From Elainellaceae cyanobacterium (lineage in GTDB: Bacteria; Cyanobacteriota; Cyanobacteriia; CAZCXK01), in NCBI GenBank assembly GCA_051117555.1, contig JBNPEG010000241.1:1-13619 (forward strand): DNA of 13,619 nt, written 5' to 3'. A program made the translations under genes and the position numbers. Under the pieces are notes generated by a model that did not search any database, had not been told where the DNA came from, and saw only the letters and a program-made list of their open reading frames with translations. The number at the start of each line of letters is the position of its first letter. Position 1 is the first letter of the stretch. Of the stretch, positions 1 through 7,658 are shown in pieces.

Positions 1-2613
1 CTAGGATATCTGGTCGAGCCAATGACCTACATCAATCACTAACGTTTCTCCTAACTGCAAAATCTGGCGGAGTCGATTTAGTTCTAACGACATTTCGGGG
101 TCGAAATCAGCACTAACTTGTTGCTGTTTCCAGATTAAAATTTGTGGCAGTATTTGTTCGCTGAGATGCTTGATAAAGAGTTCTTGAGCTCGGTCGAGGG
201 ACAGTCCTAAGTGTAGGCGATCGCCCACGTCGATGACTCGCCTAATCCAGTGCACCTGGTTTGCTACAGTTTCTAGATTCAATTCTCCGAGAACATGCCA
301 GAGCGATTGCAAAATCAGCCTCTCTAATATTTGCTTGGCGTGGGGCAGCTTAAATTGACAATGAAGGGAATCGGCTTCTGTGGCGATCGCCTCCAGGTCT
401 GTTAAATAACTAAGGCATGATTCTAGATCAACGATGCTCAGATCGCTCATTTCCCGCTCAAGAGACTGGATAATCAGATTTGCTCGATGGCTGATTGCAA
501 TTTCTGCGGCGACTTGAAGCTCTTGTGGAACCTCCAAGTGGTCTCGATGAAATGCCATCAAGACTCCATAATTATCACGATAGACCTGAGTATAAAGCTG
601 GTCTAAACGGGTGAGAGTTTCTAGACTCAGCATGCGCATGATTCGGTGTCGCTCCTCTGCAAACAAATCTTGTAACCCATAGGATTGATCCCCCAGAATG
701 CGGCTCATCGTCAGAATCATATGGGCAGCACTTGCCTGGTTAAGTGCCTGGAATAATTTTTCCTTAACCTGGCTATACGCCCGTCGACCCGAAAAAGGCT
801 GAATGCAGCAGTGGAAATCCCATCCACCTAAATGAAGAACTGCAAAGACCAAATTCGCTCGTTCTCGAGTCATTTCAGACGTCAGATGAATTTGCCCAAC
901 TGCCAATTTGAGAGAGCCGATTTGCTGGATTTGGTAGTCAAGCTGCCGGGCGACGTAGCAATATACCCGGTGCTCACGGGCATACGACGTAAAAAGAGAA
1001 CTCATGGCATAGTGAGCTGCAACTTGCCCCAAGTTGATCTGAGACGGTACAACGAGTTGCCGATAAATTTCTGCGCCATGCTTAAAATGCTCAATATTGC
1101 TAGGTGCGATCGCCAGATAGTTTACAAATTCTGGTTCTAGCCGTGTCCCAGATATATCTCCCGCTAATTCAATGGCGCGAGAGGCATATCGGAGAATTTG
1201 AACGCCCTCAGGTCGAGAAAGCTCATCGAAGAACCAGCCACAACTGGTATACATCAGCAGGGCATGGCGCTGCATTTCGAGCAGCCTGAGAGCATCGACC
1301 TTCTCAACGGTACTGAGCTTGCGCGCTTGATACTGATTCCAAAAGCGATTGAGACTTGAGGTGCTGCGATCGCGAATGACTTGAATATATCCATTCCGAG
1401 CATCCCACGGGTCTTTAAACAGCTCTCGCCCTTTGTCGTCATAAATTTGAATCAGCCGATCCCGCAACCAGTCGAGCGCATCACGCAGCGGACGTCGCCA
1501 TTTTTGGTGCCACAGCCCACCACCACCGCAACCGCAGTCATCTTGCCAACGAGCAACCCCGTGAGAACAGCTCCAAGCGGTGACGGGTTTCAATTCTACT
1601 TCCCACGTTGGTGGGTGAAGACTCAGATAGTGGGCGTAGTTCGTAACCGTCCAACCCTGGTTAACAAATTCTCCTGTCAGCGCATAGGCGAGTGCCTTTT
1701 CAGCGCCTTTTTTATGATGACCAAAGGTTTCTCCGTCGGTTGCGACTGAGATCAGTTGAGATATTTGATGATCCCCACGAACGGCTTGACCGATACGCCC
1801 AGCAAAGTGTTGAGAGCTTGCCAGAACATCATTGAAGCCCATATCTCGTGAAATTGGACCGTCATAGAAAAACACATCAATATAGTCGCGGTTGGGATGA
1901 CCTCCCTGAATGAAGCATCGATACGGACGGATGGGATCAATCTGGCTTCCGCCTACCTCGATCCATTCAGGATGGGGATTGGTGTCAGTCGGAAAGGGAC
2001 GACACCGTTGTGCTTGAGACGGAGCCAAGATTACAAATCGGATGCCCTCTTCAATTAATGCCTCCAGCGTCGGATAATCAATCGCCGTTTCTGCCAACCA
2101 CATGCCTTCGGGATCACGTCCAAATCGAGTCCGAAAGTCTTCCGCTCCCCAATGAATCTGGGTTTGCTTATCACGCCGATTCGCAAGCGGCAGGATGATG
2201 TGATTGTAGGCTTGGGCGATCGCATTTCCGTGTCCATTGAGGCGTTCACAACTCTTGCGGTCGGCCTCTAAAATCCGCTGATAGGCTTCTACATCGTGGT
2301 GTTCAAGCCAACTCATTAATGTTGGACCAATATTGAAACTGAGATATTCAAAATTGTTAACAACTTTAATGAGCTGCCCTTGGTCGTTCAAGATTCGTGC
2401 AAATGCATTAGGGCGGTAGCATTCGTTGTGAACCCGTTCATTCCAATCGTGGAACGGCGCTGCACTGGGTTGGCGTTCAATCGCATCTAAATAAGGATTC
2501 TCGCGGGGAGGTTGGTAAAAGTGTCCATGGACGGTGACATAAACCCCAGAGGCAATCTTGAGGGGATCAATAGGTTGGGACGATGTTTTGGAAACAGACT
2601 TAGCTTGAATCAT
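1..2613 (-). CDS. Glycoside hydrolase family 57 protein with C-terminal DUF3536 domain (870 aa)
   Basis: Complete ORF with stop TAG at 1-3. GH57-type motifs: HGHFYQPPREN, NIGPTL, YNHIILPL, GMWLAETA (putative Glu nucleophile), ATDGETFGHH (putative Asp acid/base), SCGWFFD. Family recognised from motifs, not from a search. Confidence 0.88.
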   Translation of the reverse strand: MIQAKSVSKTSSQPIDPLKIASGVYVTVHGHFYQPPRENPYLDAIERQPSAAPFHDWNERVHNECYRPNAFARILNDQGQLIKVVNNFEYLSFNIGPTLMSWLEHHDVEAYQRILEADRKSCERLNGHGNAIAQAYNHIILPLANRRDKQTQIHWGAEDFRTRFGRDPEGMWLAETAIDYPTLEALIEEGIRFVILAPSQAQRCRPFPTDTNPHPEWIEVGGSQIDPIRPYRCFIQGGHPNRDYIDVFFYDGPISRDMGFNDVLASSQHFAGRIGQAVRGDHQISQLISVATDGETFGHHKKGAEKALAYALTGEFVNQGWTVTNYAHYLSLHPPTWEVELKPVTAWSCSHGVARWQDDCGCGGGGLWHQKWRRPLRDALDWLRDRLIQIYDDKGRELFKDPWDARNGYIQVIRDRSTSSLNRFWNQYQARKLSTVEKVDALRLLEMQRHALLMYTSCGWFFDELSRPEGVQILRYASRAIELAGDISGTRLEPEFVNYLAIAPSNIEHFKHGAEIYRQLVVPSQINLGQVAAHYAMSSLFTSYAREHRVYCYVARQLDYQIQQIGSLKLAVGQIHLTSEMTRERANLVFAVLHLGGWDFHCCIQPFSGRRAYSQVKEKLFQALNQASAAHMILTMSRILGDQSYGLQDLFAEERHRIMRMLSLETLTRLDQLYTQVYRDNYGVLMAFHRDHLEVPQELQVAAEIAISHRANLIIQSLEREMSDLSIVDLESCLSYLTDLEAIATEADSLHCQFKLPHAKQILERLILQSLWHVLGELNLETVANQVHWIRRVIDVGDRLHLGLSLDRAQELFIKHLSEQILPQILIWKQQQVSADFDPEMSLELNRLRQILQLGETLVIDVGHWLDQIS

Positions 2614-3246
2614 AAAAAACTATTGGATGTACGAAAATAAGATTGTCGCAATACCCAGAGCAAAGACTCAGAAGACCTGTAGACCGATTAGATTCGTTGC
2701 CGTTCTAATGCTGTGCCCCAACCATGCTGAGTTCAAATCAATTGAATAAAACCGTACTGTCAGACAATTGGCTATCGTGATCCCCAAGAAGGGCGATCGC
2801 AATACAAAACGGTGGGATCGAAGCATCAATGCATCATTCAGCTATCTCATCTCTGACAAGAGTAGAACTCAATATACGATAAGAGAGAGAAATTTGTGAG
2901 AATTAGAGAAACTCAATCTTATTAGAAAGCCAAGAGTCGAAAAGTTTAGACTATCTAAATTGGGATCGCATAAGAGAGTATAAATTCTTAGTTGAACGGC
3001 ATCAGAGCTGAACGAATATACGTTTAATAGATCCTGGCAGACAATACTAGTAGAGTTCGTGAAGCGCACTCATTAAAGGAATCATCCGTGAACCAATCCT
3101 ACTGGACCCGGCAACGGTGAAAAATTTAAAGGTCTGAACTGATTAAAGCTCTGGTAATTTTTGAATCGTTTCTGGACTCACATTTTAGCCTAGGATAAAC
3201 AGGATTTGAATAACCGACCGCATATTAATTGTGGCACTCCTATTAA

Positions 3247-3341
3247 TATAGCCGTACGCTCTCGCGTTAGGACGTTGAACGTGTGGTGAGCCTCCGCGCT
3301 GCAGGGGCTTCACCACACAAACCTAAGCCCGTAGGGCTACA
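3247..3341. mobile_element. Degenerate MITE-like / short dispersed palindromic element with TATAGC-type terminus
   Basis: Nested inverted repeats: TAGCC 3249-3253 / GGCTA 3335-3339; TACG 3255-3258 / CGTA 3330-3333; TTAGG 3267-3271 / CCTAA 3322-3326; GTGTGGTGA 3281-3289 / TCACCACAC 3310-3318. The left end TATAGC-N13-GTTAGGAC resembles intergenic repeat ends I recall from filamentous cyanobacteria (not verified). No transposase is present. Confidence 0.5.
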
Positions 3342-3344
3342 GCC

Positions 3345-3467
3345 CTTGTGCAAGACATCATGCCGATTGACTCGACTGGCACGCTGACGCTTGGCGGTTT
3401 GGAGACGAATAGTGGTTTCGCAAAGAGTCAGCGCCGCTACACAAGCCAACCCCTCCCGCGGTTCACC
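3345..3467. other. GC-rich structured element (candidate ncRNA or repeat, unassigned)
   Basis: CTTGTG 3345-3350 / CACAAG 3440-3445 encloses two abutting hairpins: TGCC 3361-3364 / GGCA 3378-3381, and CGCTGAC 3382-3388 / GTCAGCG 3427-3433 (extends through CTT/AAG and GCGG/TCGC). It matches no RNA family I can recognise. Confidence 0.4.
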
Positions 3468-3518
3468 CATGTCAGTTAATCAGAATAAATAGGTCATCTT
3501 CACATCGGTCTTTGAAGC

Positions 3519-3547
3519 AAAAAGGAGCATCGACAGATGCCCCTTTC
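3519..3547 (-). terminator. Rho-independent terminator of glnA (possibly bidirectional)
   Basis: The minus strand reads AAAAGGGGCATC-TGTC-GATGCTCCTTTTT, starting 36 nt after the glnA stop. The single imperfect pair is G-U only on the minus strand, which fits glnA orientation. Confidence 0.85.
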
Positions 3548-3583
3548 TCCAACGTTTAACGTTAAGCAGTGCTTGAATTGAGC

Positions 3584-5005
3584 CTACACGTCATAGTAAA
3601 GCGCAAACTCATAAGGATGAGGTCGTAACCGCATGGGGTTTACCTCTGTATCCAGTTTGTAAGTAATCCAGTTATCGATGAAGTCTTCCGTAAACACACC
3701 TCCTGTCGTGAGGAAGTCATGGTCGGCTTCCAAGGCTTTGAGTGCATCCATCAATGAACCAGGGGTCGATGGAATCTTGGCCAACTCTTCAGGACTGAGA
3801 TCATAAATATCAACGTCCAAGGGGTCACCTGGGTCAATTTGGTTTTTAATCCCATCGATTCCGGCGCAGAGCATTGCTGCGAACGCTAGATAAGGGTTGG
3901 ATGTCGCATCTGGACAACGAAACTCAAGACGCTTTGCCTTGGGGCTCATACCCGATAATGGAATCCGCACGGATGCCGAGCGGTTGCCTTGAGAATACGC
4001 CAAGTTCACTGGAGCTTCAAAGCCTGGCACCAATCGTTTATAAGAGTTAGTGGTTGGATTGGTGAATGCTAGCAGCGCCGGAGCATGCTTTAGAATGCCG
4101 CCGATGTAGTAGAGTGCAGTTTGACTGAGCCCTGCATATTGGTCACCAGCAAACAGAGGTTCCCCATCATTCCAAATAGATTGGTGAGTATGCATCCCCG
4201 ACCCATTGTCGTTAAACAATGGCTTGGGCATGAAGGTCACAGTTTTGCCATGCTTCTTCCCTACATTCTTGATGCAGTATTTATACGTCATCAAGTAATC
4301 AGCAGCTTTGACAAGCTCTGCAAATCGGAAGCCTAACTCGCATTGCCCCCCGGTCGCTACTTCGTGATGATGCTTTTCGATAGGCACTCCGCAAGCTGCC
4401 ATCGTCAATAGCATCTCAGTTCGAAGGTCTTGCAGGGTGTCTGTTGGAGATACGGGGAAATATCCCTCTTTATAGCGGGGCTTGTATCCCTTATTGCCTC
4501 CTTCTTCTTCTGCGCCCGAATTCCAGCGGCCTTCTACCGTATCGACATAGTAGAAACTCTTATTCTCGGTTTGGTCAAAGCGAACATCGTCAAAGACGAA
4601 AAATTCTGCTTCAGGCCCAAAATATGCAGTATTGCCGATCCCTGTACCCCTGAGATAATCAATCGCTTTATAAGCGATCGCCCGTGGGCAACGCTCATAC
4701 AATTCGCCTGTACGGGGTTCCTGAATCGTACAGATCAAACTCAAAGTAGGCTCTGCCATGAAGGGATCGATCCAAGCTGATGTCGGATCAGGAACCATTG
4801 CCATATCAGATTCATTGATGGCTTTCCATCCTCGAATGCTAGAACCATCGAACGGCACGCCATCTGTAAAACTGTCTGCATCAATTTGATCTTGATACAC
4901 CGTTAGGTGCTGCCACGTTCCTGGCATATCAATAAATTTCAAATCGATCATTTGAATGCCTTCATCCTGAATTTTCTTCAGAACGTCTTCTGGGGTTTGC
5001 GTCAT
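3584..5005 (-). CDS. glnA: Glutamine synthetase type I (473 aa)
   Basis: Motifs [64 protein letters not shown] and RPHPYEF. RBS AAGGAG at 5017-5012. Confidence 0.99.
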   Translation of the reverse strand: MTQTPEDVLKKIQDEGIQMIDLKFIDMPGTWQHLTVYQDQIDADSFTDGVPFDGSSIRGWKAINESDMAMVPDPTSAWIDPFMAEPTLSLICTIQEPRTGELYERCPRAIAYKAIDYLRGTGIGNTAYFGPEAEFFVFDDVRFDQTENKSFYYVDTVEGRWNSGAEEEGGNKGYKPRYKEGYFPVSPTDTLQDLRTEMLLTMAACGVPIEKHHHEVATGGQCELGFRFAELVKAADYLMTYKYCIKNVGKKHGKTVTFMPKPLFNDNGSGMHTHQSIWNDGEPLFAGDQYAGLSQTALYYIGGILKHAPALLAFTNPTTNSYKRLVPGFEAPVNLAYSQGNRSASVRIPLSGMSPKAKRLEFRCPDATSNPYLAFAAMLCAGIDGIKNQIDPGDPLDVDIYDLSPEELAKIPSTPGSLMDALKALEADHDFLTTGGVFTEDFIDNWITYKLDTEVNPMRLRPHPYEFALYYDV

Positions 5006-5207
5006 GAACTACTCCTTGATTTCTAAGCTGCTTCAAACCTATAGATTAAAACGCAATCGTTTTGACTAACGCACAAATGGTCGAGGTTAAGATACTAAAA
5101 CCACAAAATCCAGCTACAAGAGGATTTTGAGTCACTGTACATAGGATTGAACTCGCCACACCGTAGACTAAGCTCCATAGATGAAGCAGGTTTGCTACAC
5201 CTGAATC

Positions 5208-5250
5208 ATCCTAGGAATAGGATTCAGCAGATTTTGTATAGCAATTTACA
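5208..5250 (-). promoter_or_regulatory. NtcA-activated (class II) promoter of glnA
   Basis: Perfect TGTA-N8-TACA at 5235-5250 (TGTATAGCAATTTACA). On the minus strand, exactly 22 nt after the TAC half-site, there is a TAN3T -10 box TAGGAT (5213-5208). The predicted TSS is about 5201. This is the established architecture of cyanobacterial glnA promoters. Confidence 0.9.
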
Positions 5251-5524
5251 TAAATCCAATCGGTCATCCCATCAATGGTATCTAGCGACTGGAATAGAGG
5301 GTTCACAAAAATTAATAGCAAGCCCCTGTTTGCATTCCACACAGAAGCGAATTTGGGTGATCCTCGCGTGATAAACTGAAGAGCAGTCCTAAGCTTGGCT
5401 TGCAATGATTTGCAGGCTTGCTAGGGATAAACCAGTTTGCTCATTCACTCAACCTGTTCTACGACATACGTATTGATTGAGCCATACCATATCGTGATAG
5501 AAAGAATTATTGGGAGACTGATGC

Positions 5525-6037
5525 ATGCGAGACGCAGTAACAAGTCTGATCCAGAACTACGATGCTACGGGTCGGTATCTCGACAGAGATGCCCTTGATC
5601 AGCTCAAATCTTACTTTAATACCGGGTTAGCTCGTGTTCAGGCTGCCGCCATTATTAACAGCGACGCAGCATCTATCGTGAAACAGGCTGCATCAAAGCT
5701 ATTTGAAGATATTCCCGAACTCATCCGGCCGGGTGGCAATGCCTATACAACGCGACGATATGCTGCTTGCTTGCGAGATATGGATTATTATTTGCGCTAT
5801 GCCAGCTATGCCCTTGTCGCTGGAAGTATGGACGTTCTCGACGAGAGAGTGTTGCAGGGCTTAAGAGAAACCTATAATTCTTTAGGTGTTCCTATTGGTC
5901 CCACCGTGGTTGGCATTCAGATTATGAAGGGCATCGTGAAAGAGCAAGTTAGTGAAGCGGGTATGAACGGTGGCCTTGATTGGCTCGACCAGCCCTTTGA
6001 TTACATGACTCGTGAATTGAGTGAGAGAAATCTGTAG
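5525..6037 (+). CDS. apcF: Allophycocyanin beta-18 subunit (170 aa)
   Basis: N-terminus MRDAVTSLIQNYDATGRYLDRDA, PGGNAYTTRRYAACLRD (chromophore Cys), and a C-terminal part longer than ApcB. It stands alone and divergent from glnA, as is commonly seen for apcF. RBS-like GGGAGA at 5511-5516. Confidence 0.95.
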   Translation: MRDAVTSLIQNYDATGRYLDRDALDQLKSYFNTGLARVQAAAIINSDAASIVKQAASKLFEDIPELIRPGGNAYTTRRYAACLRDMDYYLRYASYALVAGSMDVLDERVLQGLRETYNSLGVPIGPTVVGIQIMKGIVKEQVSEAGMNGGLDWLDQPFDYMTRELSERNL

Positions 6038-6090
6038 AGCAGGCCGCTGGATTTTGCTCTCATGAATCTTGGAATTTTCTCGAAATTTTT

Positions 6091-6124
6091 CGGAAGGATA
6101 GTAAGCACGCTATCCTTCCGTTTT
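6091..6124 (+). terminator. Rho-independent terminator of apcF
   Basis: Perfect 11-bp stem CGGAAGGATAG (6091-6101) / CTATCCTTCCG (6110-6120) followed by TTTT. Confidence 0.88.
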
Positions 6125-6206
6125 GGTTTGGAGTTAACTCAAGCGCTACAGCCTTGCGCTCAAATCTAAGGGCTTGTTAAAAAATAGCCTCAAAAGGATG
6201 TCAGCC

Positions 6207-6470
6207 TCAAAGTTGGGCTCGGATCTTGAATGAATAATCTCCGCCGGGTTCTAGTTGATAATCCCATCGCTCTAGAAAGCGCCCCAATGGCTCTTTAATG
6301 AGGGCGCGGCCCAAAGAGGGTTGAACCGATAATTCTCCTCGTCGGAATCGCCATTGAAACTGCCACGCATAATCATTCGCCCTTACCTCTCCCTCAATCT
6401 TGCCTTGGTGCAAAGACTGATGAGTAATCCGGACGTAGGCTGTGGTTTCAGGCAAATGCTTGGAACTCAC
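6207..6470 (-). CDS. DUF3146 family protein (87 aa, GTG start)
   Basis: The pattern PETTAYVRIT..S...G.IEGEV.A....WQFQW.F..GEL.V.PSLGRALIKEPLGRFLE..DYQLEPGGDYSF is recognised as this cyanobacterial family. Confidence 0.8.
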   Translation of the reverse strand: MSSKHLPETTAYVRITHQSLHQGKIEGEVRANDYAWQFQWRFRRGELSVQPSLGRALIKEPLGRFLERWDYQLEPGGDYSFKIRAQL

Positions 6471-6519
6471 AGAGGCTTCACATCTCTCTAACTAAATAAC
6501 ATCGAATCTGACCACCCAT

Positions 6520-6825
6520 CTAAAATTTGCGGGCTCGATATGCGTCAGGTTCGAATACCCACAATACCAGACCCTTCGGAACCCTCGTCAAGAGTACTTT
6601 GTTACCTTTTGTCTTGAGTCGCGAGGCTCCCCGCTGTGCGCTTTCAACCGTTCTAAAGAATTTGACGTAGCCGTAATACTCATTTTCATAGACAATTGCG
6701 CTGACGGGTCTTGAGATGCCAGACAAAATGATGTGGCATCGCTCAACGACTTTTTGCACAAAAATCGGGGTTGGTTCATCAACGCTGGCACTAAACTCAG
6801 GATCAATCTGAAAACTGTTTGGCAT
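6520..6825 (-). CDS. Small cyanobacterial hypothetical protein (101 aa)
   Basis: ATG with AGGAG RBS (6837-6833), co-oriented with its neighbours. Has a CHI...AI...YY...A...L...G...T....G...WV.EPDA pattern that I recall in cyanobacterial hypotheticals. Confidence 0.75.
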   Translation of the reverse strand: MPNSFQIDPEFSASVDEPTPIFVQKVVERCHIILSGISRPVSAIVYENEYYGYVKFFRTVESAQRGASRLKTKGNKVLLTRVPKGLVLWVFEPDAYRARKF

Positions 6826-6930
6826 GTCACTACTCCTGCATTCATATAGATGGGAACGGCTTTATCCAGAGTTCCCTGGATTGAACACAGTGCATCAATG
6901 GTGGAGGCGGCATGAAGCTGTGGACACGCA

Positions 6931-7569
6931 TTAACGAGAGGTCAGATCTACTGAACGGCTGTTATAGATACTCATCGCTTTTGGGAGTCCTTGCTTTAGC
7001 CCTAGTTCAATCGCTTCAACAGCCATTTGAAGGACCTCACGGACAACATCAGCTTCGTTCGGTGCAAACTTCCCAAGAACGTGAGAAATAACCTCGCTGC
7101 TCGAATCAGAGCTTTGGTTGTCTGGGTTGCCAATGCCAACGCGCAAACGCGGAAAATTTTGAGTCCCGAGGTGTGCGATCGCCGACTTCATGCCATTATG
7201 TCCACCGGCAGACCCCGACAATCTGAGCCGCATCTTGCCGACAGGTAATGCCATTTCGTCATATACGATTAAGACCGATTCAGGCGGGATCTTAAACCAA
7301 TCAACGATCGCACGAATCGACTGCCCCGAGCGATTCATATACGTCGACGGTTTCAACAAACGAATCTTTTGGTGATGCGGACCTTGTCCTTCACCCCAAA
7401 AACCCTGAAACTTACGATTCTCAGACAAATCAATCAGCCATGATCGAGCCAACTCGTCGATCACATCAAATCCAATATTATGTCGCGTTTTGCTGTACTT
7501 AGGTCCTGGATTGCCTAAGCCAACAATGAGCTGAGGCGGAATCAGCTCAGAAGACGGATCGGAATCCAT
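6931..7569 (-). CDS. pth: Peptidyl-tRNA hydrolase (212 aa)
   Basis: Motifs LIVGLGNPG..Y..TRHNIGF, LLKPSTYMNRSG, GSAGGHNGMKS, FPRLRVGIG and HVLGKF. Confidence 0.98.
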   Translation of the reverse strand: MDSDPSSELIPPQLIVGLGNPGPKYSKTRHNIGFDVIDELARSWLIDLSENRKFQGFWGEGQGPHHQKIRLLKPSTYMNRSGQSIRAIVDWFKIPPESVLIVYDEMALPVGKMRLRLSGSAGGHNGMKSAIAHLGTQNFPRLRVGIGNPDNQSSDSSSEVISHVLGKFAPNEADVVREVLQMAVEAIELGLKQGLPKAMSIYNSRSVDLTSR

Positions 7570-7608
7570 GATTGAGATGCCCGACTATTCAAATCTCTTA
7601 TTGTAATC

Positions 7609-7652
7609 TTAGCCATCAATTTTAGCCATCAAGTTCGACAGCCATCGAGTTC
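7609..7652. repeat. Short imperfect tandem repeat with AGCCATC core, 3 copies
   Basis: AGCCATC occurs at 7611, 7624 and 7640. TTAGCCATCAA appears twice and AGCCATC(A/G)AGTTC appears twice, all in the tatA-pth spacer. Confidence 0.75.
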
Positions 7653-7658
7653 AACGAT

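Noticed and set aside
2869..3069. 66-aa minus-strand ORF in the AT-rich spacer
   Set aside because: It has a GTG start with no RBS, and its Ser/Leu/Phe-rich composition is what the local strand skew would produce.
3323..3394. Twister-sister ribozyme resemblance (GTGCAAG loop, CGCTGA, CTAAGC/GCTTGG helix)
   Set aside because: The P2 helix is absent, the stem around TGCAAG is only 2-3 bp, and the GCUCA cleavage strand is not matched.
3395..3433. Hammerhead resemblance on the minus strand (CTGA...CGAAAC...GTC)
   Set aside because: The core reads CUGACUC rather than CUGANGA, stem II cannot form, and stems I and III are not properly paired.
3285..3467. 6S RNA, or an IS200/IS605 omega-RNA or right end
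   Set aside because: The length is 6S-like, but there is no two-sided central bubble and no similarity to cyanobacterial 6S as I recall it. There is no tnpB or iscB remnant and no typical end motif. A cmscan run would be decisive.
3267..3470. 67-aa minus-strand ORF over the structured island
   Set aside because: It has no RBS and no recognisable motif. It coincides with GC-rich palindromic sequence, which is naturally poor in stop codons.
5147..5405. 74-aa (+) and 64-aa (-) ORFs in the glnA-apcF spacer
   Set aside because: They have weak starts and no motifs, and they overlap the NtcA promoter.
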